Source: Gemmatimonadales bacterium (GTDB taxonomy: Bacteria; Gemmatimonadota; Gemmatimonadetes; Gemmatimonadales; GWC2-71-9). Taken from it: 64,000 nt of DNA. Location of the stretch: contig DASZCN010000011.1 in the NCBI GenBank assembly GCA_035943095.1, positions 1,775-65,774 on the forward strand, given 5' to 3'. Both the position numbers and the translations under genes were made by a program. Under the pieces are notes generated by a model. The model saw nothing but the letters and a program-made list of their open reading frames with translations. It made no database searches and had not been told where the DNA came from. Numbering within the stretch: position 1 is the stretch's first letter; each line of letters starts with the position of its first letter. This document shows, piece by piece, positions 53,461 to 64,000 of the stretch.

Positions 53461-54964
53461 GCTTCTTCGAAGGATTCCGATCGCGCTTCGTGGCCAGCGT
53501 GCCAAGCGCGTCGATGAGCATCGGCCTGGTGTCGCGCGGATCAATGATGTCGTCCACATAACCGCGCGCCGCCGCCAGGTACGGGTGGGCGAACTTCTCC
53601 CGGTACTCCTCCTCGCGCGCCTCCGTGGCTTCGTCCTTATAGAGGATTTCGACCGCGCCCTTCGGGCCCATGACCGCGATCTCCGCTGTCGGCCACGCCA
53701 CGTTGTAATCTCCGCGGACGTGCTTCGAATTCATCACGTCGTACGCCCCGCCGTACGCCTTCCGCACGATCACTGTGACCTTCGGCACCGTCGCCTCGCA
53801 GTACGCGAACAGGAGCTTGGCCCCGTGCTTGATGATGCCGCCATGTTCCTGCGCCACGCCGGGCAGGAAGCCGGGCACGTCTTCGAACGTCACCAGCGGG
53901 ATGTTGAACGCGTCGCAGAACCGGATGAATCGCGCGCCTTTGAGGGACGCATTGATGTCGAGCACGCCAGCGAGGACCACGGGCTGATTGGCGATCACGC
54001 CTACCGACCGGCCACCCAGGCGGGCGAATCCGACGAGCAGGTTCCCGGCGAAGTCCCGGTGGATTTCGAGAAACACGCCGTCGTCCACCACCCGCCGGAT
54101 CACGTCGTGCATGTCGTAGGGTTTGGTGGCGCTGTCGGGCACTACCTCGAGCAGCTCCTCATCGCGCCGATCCGATGGATCGTTGGTCGGGCGCACGGGC
54201 GCCGCGTCGAGGTTGTTCGAGGGAAGGAAGGCGAGCAGCGCGCGGATCCCGGCGATGGACTCGAGCTCGGAATCGTGGACGAAATGCGCCACCCCGGACG
54301 TAGCGCCGTGCACGTCCGCCCCGCCCAGGGCTTCGAAGTCCACCTCCTCGTGTGTCACGGTCTTCACCACGCTGGGCCCGGTGACGAACATGTACGAGAT
54401 GCCCCGCACCATGAAGACGAAATCCGTGATCGCCGGGCTGTAGACCGCACCGCCGGCGCAGGGTCCAAGCACCGCGCTGATCTGGGGCACTACGCCGGAG
54501 GCGAGTGTGTTGCGCAGGAAGATGTCGGCGTAGCCGCCGAGCGACACCACCCCCTCCTGGATGCGCGCGCCACCCGAGTCATTCAGGCCGATAATCGGTG
54601 CCCCGGCCTTGAGCGCCAGGTCCATCACCTTGCAGATCTTCTCGGCGTGCGCCTCGGACAGCGAGCCGCCGAATACGGTGAAGTCCTGCGCGAAGACGTA
54701 CGCCAGCCGACCCTCGATCCGCCCGTAGCCCGTGACGACGCCGTCGCCCAGATACTTCTGGTCGGCCAGCCCGAAGTCGGTCGACCGGTGTGTTACGAAC
54801 CGGTCGAGCTCCACGAACGTCCCGGGGTCGAGCAGCACTTCGAGCCGCTCGCGCGCCGTCATCTTGCCCTTCTCGTGCTGCGCCGCGATTCGCTCGGCAC
54901 CGCCGCCCAGCTCGGACTCGGCGCGCTTCTGCTTCAGGAGCTCCAACTTCTCGCGAATAGTCAT
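53441..54964 (-). CDS. Acyl-CoA carboxylase carboxyltransferase (beta) subunit, propionyl-CoA/methylmalonyl-CoA type
   Basis: ..[57 protein letters not shown].. Confidence 0.9.
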   Translation of the reverse strand: MTIREKLELLKQKRAESELGGGAERIAAQHEKGKMTARERLEVLLDPGTFVELDRFVTHRSTDFGLADQKYLGDGVVTGYGRIEGRLAYVFAQDFTVFGGSLSEAHAEKICKVMDLALKAGAPIIGLNDSGGARIQEGVVSLGGYADIFLRNTLASGVVPQISAVLGPCAGGAVYSPAITDFVFMVRGISYMFVTGPSVVKTVTHEEVDFEALGGADVHGATSGVAHFVHDSELESIAGIRALLAFLPSNNLDAAPVRPTNDPSDRRDEELLEVVPDSATKPYDMHDVIRRVVDDGVFLEIHRDFAGNLLVGFARLGGRSVGVIANQPVVLAGVLDINASLKGARFIRFCDAFNIPLVTFEDVPGFLPGVAQEHGGIIKHGAKLLFAYCEATVPKVTVIVRKAYGGAYDVMNSKHVRGDYNVAWPTAEIAVMGPKGAVEILYKDEATEAREEEYREKFAHPYLAAARGYVDDIIDPRDTRPMLIDALGTLATKRDRNPSKKHGNIPL

Positions 54965-55033
54965 CAGGCAAAATCTAGAGAGGAGCGAACAGGACAGCTA
55001 CAACGAGACGCACGGACACACGGCGGTGAACAG

Positions 55034-55067
55034 CAAAAAGTGGCCAGGAAGGGCTTTTCCTGACCAC
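55034..55067 (-). terminator. Intrinsic terminator downstream of rpsA, nested inside a larger inverted repeat
   Basis: Minus strand: GTGGTCAGGAA-AAGCCC-TTCCTGGCCAC, followed by TTTTTG. An outer 13-bp perfect inverted repeat is formed by CGGCGGTGAACAG (55021..55033) and CTGTTCACCGCCG (55073..55085). Confidence 0.6.
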
Positions 55068-55090
55068 TCGGACTGTTCACCGCCGTGCGT

Positions 55091-56827
<1,737 letters not shown>

Positions 56828-56911
56828 TCAGTACACCGGTTCGGTTGTGGGTTTGGACGGTGACCCGGGGTACGAGCCGCACCTCAAGCCATGACGCACA
56901 AGAGGCCAAAC

Positions 56912-57613
56912 CTAGCCGGGGAGCCGCTCACGCGCCAGCGCCAGAACCTGTCGCACTTGCTCGTCCAAGCCGATCCGAGTCGTGTCGAGGAGGCGCGCGT
57001 CGGCCGCCGCTTTCATCGGTGCCAGCGGGCGCGTGGCGTCGGCCAAGTCCCGGGCGGCCAGCGCGTCGGTCTCGCGGCGCAGCTCCTCCGGGTCGATGCG
57101 CCCGCCGCGCTGCGCCAGGCGACGCCGGGCCCGCTCTTCAGGGCTGGCCGTCAGGAACACTTTTACCGGGGCGTCCGGAAACACCACCGTCCCGATGTCC
57201 CGGCCGTCCACGACCACGCCGCGGGGATGGCCCAGCACCGCCTCCCGCTGCTGGATGTTCACCCAGTGCCGCACCTCCCGGATCGCTGCCACCTCCGACA
57301 CGCGTCGCGTCACCCGCTCGGAGCGGATGGCCTTCTCGACATCGACGCCCGCCACCTCGGGCCGGAACACATCTTTCACGAGCACGAGCCGCACAGGTAG
57401 CTCCTCGGCGAGCGAGACGATCCTTTGTGGGGACCACTGCTCCCGGCTCCCGGCTCCCTGCTCCCCGATGTTGTCCAGCACGGCGAGCGTCACGGCGCGG
57501 TACAGCGCGCCGGAGTCGAGATGCGCCCAGCCGAGCTGGCGCGCGACGAGCGCCGCCGTCGAGCTCTTGCCGGAGGCGGCCGGGCCGTCGATCGCGATCA
57601 CCCGGAGTGTCAT
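56912..57613 (-). CDS. cmk: Cytidylate kinase
   Basis: MTLRVIAIDGPAASGKSSTAALVARQLGWAHLDSGALYRA.. Confidence 0.9.
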   Translation of the reverse strand: MTLRVIAIDGPAASGKSSTAALVARQLGWAHLDSGALYRAVTLAVLDNIGEQGAGSREQWSPQRIVSLAEELPVRLVLVKDVFRPEVAGVDVEKAIRSERVTRRVSEVAAIREVRHWVNIQQREAVLGHPRGVVVDGRDIGTVVFPDAPVKVFLTASPEERARRRLAQRGGRIDPEELRRETDALAARDLADATRPLAPMKAAADARLLDTTRIGLDEQVRQVLALARERLPG

Positions 57614-58923
57614 GGCTTCGCCCTCCCTCCCCCTCCCCTTCCCCCTCCCCCGATGCGGCGGAGGTCCGTGAAAAAGGTCGGATAACTGATGGAGACGGAG
57701 GTTCGTTCCGAAAGCCGCAGATCCGCCCCAGGGACGGTGCCGAGCACGGCGAACGCCATCGCGAGGCGATGATCCCGGGCCGTGTCCACCCGGCCCCGGG
57801 CCGGCCGCGCGCCGCCACGGACGAACAAGTCGTTGCCACGCGCCTCCGCCTCCGCGCCCACCGCCCGCAGGTTCGCCGCAATGAGCTCGAGCCGGTTGCT
57901 TTCCTTCACCCGCAGCTCGCCCACCTCCCGGAACACGGTCTCACCGGTGGCCCGGCTCGCGAGCGCCGCGAGCACCGGCACTTCGTCCACGAGCGTGGGC
58001 ACCTCCGCGGCGGTCACCTCGGTCCCGCGCAGCGCGGCCGGGCGTGCGACGAGGTCTGCTACCGGCTCGCCACCCTGGTCCCGGAGATTCACTCGCTCCA
58101 CCCGCGCTCCCATCCGGTCCAGCGCCACGAGGAAACCCGTGCGGGTTGGGTTCACGCCGACGTTCTCGATGACCAGCTCCCCCGCTTCGGCAAGCACGGC
58201 GGCGGCGACCAGGAACGCGGCGGAGGAGGCGTCGCCGGGGACGGCAACATGGAATGAGGGAACGACGGAACGGGGATCCGGCTCGTACACGATCGCTCCG
58301 TCCCGCTCGTGCAGCCCCAAGCCGAGGTGCACCAGCAGCCGCTCGGTGTGATCGCGCGAGCGGTACGGCTCCCGAATCGTCACGCCGACGCGACCCGTGA
58401 GGCCCGCGAAGAGCAGCGCACTCTTGATCTGCGCGCTCGCGACGGGCGTCGTGTACGTCAGAGGGCGCAAGCGACCGCCGCGAATGGTGAGCGGGAGCGC
58501 GTCGCCACCCTTTTCGGTGATGTCGGCACCCATGGTGCGGAGCGGCTCGGTCACCCGCCGCATCGGTCGTCGCCGCAGGGAGGCGTCGCCCGAGAGCGTC
58601 GCCCTAAACCGTTGCCCGGCCAGGATACCGAGCATCAGGCGCGCGGTTGTGCCCGAGTTGCCGCAGTTCAACGGGGAGCGGGGAGCGGTGAGCGGGGTGC
58701 CGTGCACCGTGACCGCTGCGCCGATCCTCACCGGCGAGACGTCCACTCCGAGCCGACGGAGCACGCCCGCCGTGCTCTTCACGTCGTCACCCGTGAGCAA
58801 GCCTTCGATCTCGCTTGTACCGCGCGCGAGCCCCGCCAGCATGAGGACGCGGTGGGAGATGCTCTTGTCGCCCGGCGGCCGTACGACGCCGCTCACCCTC
58901 ACGCGTCGATCCTGCGACGCCAC
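57610..58923 (-). CDS. aroA: 3-phosphoshikimate 1-carboxyvinyltransferase (EPSP synthase)
   Basis: ..PGDKSISHRVLMLAGLA..NCGNSGTTARLM..DHRLAMAFAV.. The C-terminal tail is Gly/Arg-rich. Confidence 0.95.
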   Translation of the reverse strand: MASQDRRVRVSGVVRPPGDKSISHRVLMLAGLARGTSEIEGLLTGDDVKSTAGVLRRLGVDVSPVRIGAAVTVHGTPLTAPRSPLNCGNSGTTARLMLGILAGQRFRATLSGDASLRRRPMRRVTEPLRTMGADITEKGGDALPLTIRGGRLRPLTYTTPVASAQIKSALLFAGLTGRVGVTIREPYRSRDHTERLLVHLGLGLHERDGAIVYEPDPRSVVPSFHVAVPGDASSAAFLVAAAVLAEAGELVIENVGVNPTRTGFLVALDRMGARVERVNLRDQGGEPVADLVARPAALRGTEVTAAEVPTLVDEVPVLAALASRATGETVFREVGELRVKESNRLELIAANLRAVGAEAEARGNDLFVRGGARPARGRVDTARDHRLAMAFAVLGTVPGADLRLSERTSVSISYPTFFTDLRRIGGGGRGGGGRAKP

Positions 58924-59741
58924 TCCGCCCCTTGCCCGAGCCAGGCTTCGAGGACTCGGGCGTCGCCCGTTTCGAGCGCGCGCTCGACCTCGCCAAGCGG
59001 CTCCTCCAGGGCGCGGAGCGCGGGGAGCACCTCATCGCGGTTCATGAGCAGGATCTCGCACCAGAGCGCGGCTTCGCTCGCCGCGAGGCGCGTGGTGTCG
59101 CGTGCTCCGGGGCCGTAAGTCGCTCCCGCCGGCACGGTGCGGGCGAGAAAGTGGGCGAGCAGCGAGGCGACCACCTGCGGCAAGTGGCTCGTGAATGCGA
59201 GCTGTCGATCATGCGCGGCCGCGTCGATCACCACGGGGTGAGCCGCGAGCGTCTCTGCCCAGAAGTGGGCTACCTCACGCGCCGCGCCCTCGCCGTCCCG
59301 CGTCGGCGTGACGTAGACGACGGCACCCTGGAACAGGTCGAGCCGCGCGGCCGCAAATCCGTGAGCATGGGTTCCCGCGAGCGGGTGCGCCCCCGCGAAC
59401 CGATCCCCCATCCCGAGCGTCTCGGCGCGGCTGACGATCTGCCGTTTGACGGAGCCGACGTCGGTCACGATCGCCCCCGGACCCGTCTGATCGTGCAGGG
59501 TATCGAGGAGCCCGAGATTGGCAGCGGGCGGCGCCGCGAGCATCAGCAGGTCGGCCGCTCGGGCCACGTCCACGGGTCGGGGTGGCGCGTCGTCGAGCGC
59601 GCCCTGCTGCGCCGCGGCCGCCCGCTCGCCGGGGTCGGGGGACCAGCCGATCACGTTGGGAATCCCCGCGCGCTTCGCCTGCAACGCGACGGAGCCGCCG
59701 ATCGCGCCAAGGCCGATGATGCCGAGGGTATGAGGCCGCAC
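58899..59741 (-). CDS. tyrA: Prephenate dehydrogenase
   Basis: ..LGIIGLGAIGGSVAL..VTDVGSVK..FAGAHPLAGT.. GTG 59741 is the only in-frame start downstream of the preceding gene, and it has no clear SD. Confidence 0.78.
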   Translation of the reverse strand: MRPHTLGIIGLGAIGGSVALQAKRAGIPNVIGWSPDPGERAAAAQQGALDDAPPRPVDVARAADLLMLAAPPAANLGLLDTLHDQTGPGAIVTDVGSVKRQIVSRAETLGMGDRFAGAHPLAGTHAHGFAAARLDLFQGAVVYVTPTRDGEGAAREVAHFWAETLAAHPVVIDAAAHDRQLAFTSHLPQVVASLLAHFLARTVPAGATYGPGARDTTRLAASEAALWCEILLMNRDEVLPALRALEEPLGEVERALETGDARVLEAWLGQGAEWRRRIDA

Positions 59742-59827
59742 GGAATGGAAGGTAGCGGCGCGCGGCGAGGAGGTAAAACGTGAAGGGCGGCCCCCGGAAG
59801 GGCCGCCCTTGTCGGGAGAATCGCCCG

Positions 59828-61456
59828 CTACTCGCTCGACGGCGTGATGAACGTGACGTTCAAATTGTCGAACTCCGCGAAGCCATCGCCCGAGCCTGCG
59901 AACTGCACCGAGTTGATTCCCCCGCGCGTCGAGCACAGGGTCTGGCCGTAGGCATTCGGGTCGGACATCAGCTTCTCCAGCGACGTGCCGTTCGCATCGA
60001 AGGTTTCCAAGAACCCGGTCGCGCCGTCCTGCCTGGCCGTCACCCAGACATCGAGGCATACCCCTGCCGCGGGCCCGGCGAGGTGGGCCACCATCCGCCC
60101 GAAACTGTTCTCGCTGAAGTCCGAAGCCGTCCCTTCTGGACAGACCGTTAGGACATTGTTTCCCGACCCGAAGTTGAACCCTCCGCCCACCACGGGACCG
60201 TTGTCGTTCGCATACGCGTGACTATCTCCGCACACCGCACCCGGCATCGTTCGAGTGAACGTGACGCCCGAGAGCGAGTAGAGCGAGTCGACGATGGTCC
60301 CCGGAGTCACCGCGGCGCCATTCCGGTCCAGGTTGAAATTCATCAGGCCACCGGCGGGCAACACCCACCCCATGCGGCTGAAGCAGCACGTCGAACCGCC
60401 AGCGCCGAGGTGGTACGCGAAGGCGCGTTTGGGCATCACGACTGTCTCCACCTGTCTCACCAGCCACTCGAGGCTACCTCGCCACCCCGCCGTCGCCGCG
60501 GATGAAGCGAAGCCCTCGCACGATACAAAGGGAGCGGGCACGTTAGTGAGCGCGCGGATCAACGGTCCTCCTCCCACCGGTTCCTCGACCTGGAACAGCT
60601 GGATCACATCGTGATCCGGCTCGGCCACGGTGGCGCACACCCCGACGGTGACGTTCGTGGCAAAGGTGGCGGTGGGCTGCGTCGTGAATCGGTAGCACCC
60701 CTCGAACTGCGTATTGCTGAGCGGAATGCAACGCGCGAGCACATCCCCGAGGTTGTCGAGCGGCAGGCCATTTACGGTCGTCACCCGCTCGATCGTCACC
60801 ACGACGGGATTCGCGCTGGCGAGCCAGCCCGCCGGGAACTGCGCACCCGCAAAACCGGTGTTGGTCACCACCGTGGCTCCGCCATTTCCTACAGTTGCTT
60901 CGACGCAATCCGTACAGGTTTGGTCACCGAGAAACGCCCCTTGCTCGATCCGAAACATGATCGGCAGCGTGCGCCCGTCCACGAGCCCGATGTACTGGCC
61001 GGTGTTCACGTTCTTGAGCCCGCTTCCGTTCGCAACGGGGTCCATATCTGCAAAGCCGAGCAACAGGCCGCCAGAGGAGCCGAAGACGCGAATCCGATAG
61101 AACAGATTCACGTTGATCTGCGGCTGGCTCGTGTCCCAGTTGACGTGGTATTGCTCCGGCGCATCGACCACGACTGGACCGGGGTTGATGTGCTGACCAC
61201 CCGCGGCGCAGTCGACCGGGAGAAGCGTCAGGTCTAGCTGGCAGATGTCCACGACCGGTTGGATCTGGGCGTTGAACACGCCTGAGAAAGTCGGCTGCGA
61301 AACCAGGGGCGGGAGGAAGAAGAAATGGGGATTGCCTCGACCAGTGACCCGCCCGTCGAGGAAGTCCGCCGACAAGCCCTTCGGCGCCACCGATTGCTGG
61401 TCACGACATGCGACGAGGACCCCAACGGTGAGAACTGCAACTACGGCGGCCTTCAT
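59828..61456 (-). CDS. Cys-rich lipoprotein of unknown function
   Basis: Lipobox in MKAAVVAVLTVGVLVAC. 542 aa, rich in Gly/Asn/Thr/Val with many Cys. I recognise no family. G+C is lower than in neighbouring genes. Confidence 0.5.
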   Translation of the reverse strand: MKAAVVAVLTVGVLVACRDQQSVAPKGLSADFLDGRVTGRGNPHFFFLPPLVSQPTFSGVFNAQIQPVVDICQLDLTLLPVDCAAGGQHINPGPVVVDAPEQYHVNWDTSQPQINVNLFYRIRVFGSSGGLLLGFADMDPVANGSGLKNVNTGQYIGLVDGRTLPIMFRIEQGAFLGDQTCTDCVEATVGNGGATVVTNTGFAGAQFPAGWLASANPVVVTIERVTTVNGLPLDNLGDVLARCIPLSNTQFEGCYRFTTQPTATFATNVTVGVCATVAEPDHDVIQLFQVEEPVGGGPLIRALTNVPAPFVSCEGFASSAATAGWRGSLEWLVRQVETVVMPKRAFAYHLGAGGSTCCFSRMGWVLPAGGLMNFNLDRNGAAVTPGTIVDSLYSLSGVTFTRTMPGAVCGDSHAYANDNGPVVGGGFNFGSGNNVLTVCPEGTASDFSENSFGRMVAHLAGPAAGVCLDVWVTARQDGATGFLETFDANGTSLEKLMSDPNAYGQTLCSTRGGINSVQFAGSGDGFAEFDNLNVTFITPSSE

Positions 61457-61619
61457 AGCAGCTCCTGATCTGGTAACCGTGGCAAGTTGCAGAAAATGCG
61501 CCCCGCCGCCTCCCAGGGAAGGATGTGTGTAAGAGGAATATCAAGAGCGACTTAGCGAGAGCCTACGAGCCAGGCCAGCTCGGAGGCCTCCGTGCTGTCG
61601 CTCGGCTGCCACACCCTTG

Positions 61620-64000
61620 TCACTTGGCTCCGATCAGAGCCTTGAACCGCGGATCGTCCCGCAGGTCGCGCCACCACCAGCTGATGTCCTTCCCACGCAC
61701 GTGCCCGGGGTTGGCGGCCGAGTAGCGCTGCAGCAGGGCGATCGCCGTGTCACGGTCGCCGAGCAGTGTGCGCTGGTATGCCTCGAGTGCTAGGAGTTCC
61801 TGACCGGGGTCCGCGGCGGGTGTGATGGCGGCCCGTGCTCGAGCCAGCACATGCCGCGCACTGTCTTTGAGGCCCGCTCGGGCGATCACGCCGCCGACAC
61901 GCATGCGAGCCTCGAGCCCTATGTAAGGCCGGAATGCCGACGGCGTGGTGCTATCGAGCAGGGCCACGAGCCGCCACGCCCGCCCTACGTCGGGGTCGCG
62001 CGCCGGCGTCGTCATCAAGAGCAATTGGCACCGCCCCGACCGGTAATCGCTCGGAAAGCGCCGCATCTCCTCATCGCACCAGCGTTCCGCCTGCGAAAAT
62101 TGCTCCAGGTCGAGCGACCCCACAGACAGGCGATACAAGACGTCTCGCGCCACGCTCAGGTACGCATCCTGCTCGTAGGCCCGCCGGGCGGCGAGTACCG
62201 CTGCTGCCACGTCTTCGACTTGATAGTACAGACTGCTGAGCGTGCTGTACGCGCTGGCGAGGCTCGGGTCTGCCTGTACGGCGGCTTCGAGGTCCTGACG
62301 CGCACTTTGGAGCAGCGCCTGGGCCGCCGCGGGATCGGGCGTTGCGCGAAGGGTCCACTGGAAGTAGTGCAACGTCCCACGGAGCTCGAGGGCCCTCCCG
62401 TCAGCCGGCGCCATGTGCAGCGCACGCTCCGCGTGGCCCAGTCCCGTTTTGATCCACCCCATTGCCTCACGGGGGTCGTCCGCGAGTCGGCTTCGCCGGT
62501 ATGCGACGGTTCCGCGGAGGACAATAGGGTCGACCCATTTGTCGTCGGCAGCTTCGGCGAGCCCGGCCAAGGAGTCGGCTTGGTGAAAGTCCACGAACGC
62601 CACGGCTGCCTGCTCGCCCTCGAGGGCGGCTTCAGCGTCCTTGCGGTTCTTCTCCGCTCGTTCCTCGAGCGACCACGCGGCGACATTCCTCGTGCCCATT
62701 TGCTCCGTGCGCAGCCGAACCTCCTCGCCGAGCCGCTCTCGGAGAAACTCCGCCACGCGGGCGCTCAAGCTGTCCCGGATCACCGTGAGCAGGTCTCCCG
62801 CGCGCTGGTCGAAGCTCGCTCGCTTGAAGTCCGCGCCGCTTGCGCCGTCAACGAGACGTACGGTCACGTGCAGCAGCTCCCCGACCCGCTCCACGCTGCC
62901 GGCGACCACCGTGCCCACGGCCAGGGCGCGCGCAATGCTGTCAGCCGAGACCGACGCGCCCCGATACGGGGCCACGCCGTTGCGCGAAATCACGGTCAGC
63001 GGCTGCACCTGGGACAGGTTCGCGATGAGGGCCTCGGTGATGCCGTCCGCGATATAGCCGAGCGAGTGATCGCGGCTCAAATCGTCGAAGTACAGCACCG
63101 CCAGGTGACGGGGATCGAGCCCGCCGCCTGTCGCTCCGCGCCCGGTACGCGCCGCGCGAAAGGCGAGGTAGCCCGCGAGCACCACGACGACCGCCGCGAC
63201 AGGTAGCAGACGCCGCCACGTCGAGAGCGGCCGCTTGATACCGCGTTCCAGCGTGGCCCGTCGATACGCTCCGGTGGCCGCGGACGGCGTGTTCAACGCT
63301 TCCGCGAACAGCGCGGTCGTCGGGTAGCGGTCCGCTGGCACCTTGGAGAGCGCGCGCAGGATCGCGCCTTCCACGGCGTCGGGGATCGTATTGCGCACGA
63401 TGGAAGGAGGAGACACCATGTCCAACGAATGGCGTGCGATGATCGCCTGGGCGGTGGGCCCCGTGAACGGGGGCGCGCCAACCAACATCTCGTAGACCAC
63501 GCAGGCGAGGCTATACTCGTCGCTGCGCCCGTCGACCTCGTCGCTGCCGCCCGCCTGTTCGGGGCTCATGTAGGCGGGGGTCCCGATGAGCGTTCCGGTC
63601 TGCGTGAGGTGTCGTCCGTCCCCCGCCGCCGAGACCGCGCGGGCGATGCCGAAATCGGCCACGACCGCCGAGCCGCCCGACAGCATGATATTCTCGGGTT
63701 TGATGTCGCGGTGTACCACGCCACGGCTGTGGGCATATGCGAGCGCACCGGCGACTTCCGTCGCCACTCGGAGCGCGTCCTCCAGAGACAATTGCTTTTC
63801 GCGGTTAAGCCGATCGCGCAGCGATTCCCCCTCGACGTAGGGCATGACGTAATAGAGGAAGCCGGCCGCCGAGCCTGAGTCATACAAGGGCAGGATATGG
63901 GGATGCTGGAGACGGGCGGCGATCTCGATCTCCCGAAGGAACCGTTCGGCGCCGAGCGCGGCTGCGAGCTCCGAGTGGAGCACTTTGATCGCGACGGGCC
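61620..64000 (-). CDS. Ser/Thr protein kinase with a transmembrane segment and C-terminal TPR-like repeats; N-terminus lies beyond the right edge
   Basis: The window ends inside ..PVAIKVLHSEL.. Then HRDIKPENIML, DFGIA, GTPAYMSPEQ, the hydrophobic LLPVAAVVVVLAGYLAF, and a long helical-repeat C-terminus. Confidence 0.85.
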   Translation of the reverse strand, partial: PVAIKVLHSELAAALGAERFLREIEIAARLQHPHILPLYDSGSAAGFLYYVMPYVEGESLRDRLNREKQLSLEDALRVATEVAGALAYAHSRGVVHRDIKPENIMLSGGSAVVADFGIARAVSAAGDGRHLTQTGTLIGTPAYMSPEQAGGSDEVDGRSDEYSLACVVYEMLVGAPPFTGPTAQAIIARHSLDMVSPPSIVRNTIPDAVEGAILRALSKVPADRYPTTALFAEALNTPSAATGAYRRATLERGIKRPLSTWRRLLPVAAVVVVLAGYLAFRAARTGRGATGGGLDPRHLAVLYFDDLSRDHSLGYIADGITEALIANLSQVQPLTVISRNGVAPYRGASVSADSIARALAVGTVVAGSVERVGELLHVTVRLVDGASGADFKRASFDQRAGDLLTVIRDSLSARVAEFLRERLGEEVRLRTEQMGTRNVAAWSLEERAEKNRKDAEAALEGEQAAVAFVDFHQADSLAGLAEAADDKWVDPIVLRGTVAYRRSRLADDPREAMGWIKTGLGHAERALHMAPADGRALELRGTLHYFQWTLRATPDPAAAQALLQSARQDLEAAVQADPSLASAYSTLSSLYYQVEDVAAAVLAARRAYEQDAYLSVARDVLYRLSVGSLDLEQFSQAERWCDEEMRRFPSDYRSGRCQLLLMTTPARDPDVGRAWRLVALLDSTTPSAFRPYIGLEARMRVGGVIARAGLKDSARHVLARARAAITPAADPGQELLALEAYQRTLLGDRDTAIALLQRYSAANPGHVRGKDISWWWRDLRDDPRFKALIGAK

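Noticed and set aside
57613-57660. Polypyrimidine run encoding the Gly/Arg-rich AroA tail. Similar Gly- or Pro-rich tails occur on MreC, PBP2 and GuaA (G6 insert at about 13890..13910).
   Set aside because: I considered them frameshift or assembly artefacts. The frames stay open and end at sensible overlaps with the next gene, so they look like lineage-typical low-complexity linkers.
61480-61491. TGGCAAGTTGCA resembling a sigma-54 -24/-12 promoter
   Set aside because: The GG-to-GC spacing is too short compared with TGGCAC-N5-TTGC. It also points along the plus strand, where there is no downstream plus-strand gene.

Overview
GC-rich bacterial chromosomal segment (about two-thirds G+C by eye, not computed). 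It holds roughly 60 protein genes, most on the minus strand and many joined by 4-nt ATGA/GTGA stop-start overlaps. I found no rRNA, tRNA, CRISPR array, transposase or integrase. Most content is core housekeeping:
- Cell shape: mreB-mreC-mreD-mrdA-rodA.
- Translation and lipid-carrier array: rplM-rpsI, rpsB-tsf-pyrH-frr-uppS-cdsA-dxr-rseP, rpsO-pnp-M16 peptidase, rpsA.
- Other: cmk-aroA-tyrA, guaA, lysA, proS, hisS, folC, accD, dut, ald, fabI.

Several ORF-track entries are antisense shadows or carry 5' extensions. I re-derived starts from homology and stop-start overlaps. One gene is absent from the track: a GH15 hydrolase running off the left edge.

The most interesting locus is 1609..8455, three tightly packed genes: a DUF4956-type membrane protein, an Omp85-barrel outer-membrane protein with an unusual N-terminal GDWDRH domain, and a polyphosphate kinase 1 with a ~378-aa N-terminal CYTH/TTM-like plus Nudix-like extension.

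Other points worth a second look:
- a 4Fe-4S ferredoxin coupled to a geranylgeranyl-reductase-family flavoprotein;
- an inverted-repeat-flanked four-helix-bundle (23S rRNA IVS protein family) cassette;
- an EXORDIUM/PHI-1-like lipoprotein;
- a degenerate kinase coupled to a polysaccharide deacetylase, plus a truncated kinase remnant;
- a split acyl-CoA carboxylase cluster with an embedded rRNA methyltransferase;
- folC without a canonical start codon;
- a heptamer-repeat palindromic intergenic element present twice.

The taxon guess (Gemmatimonadota-like) is a weak inference from protein flavour only. All family calls come from reading translations, not from searches.
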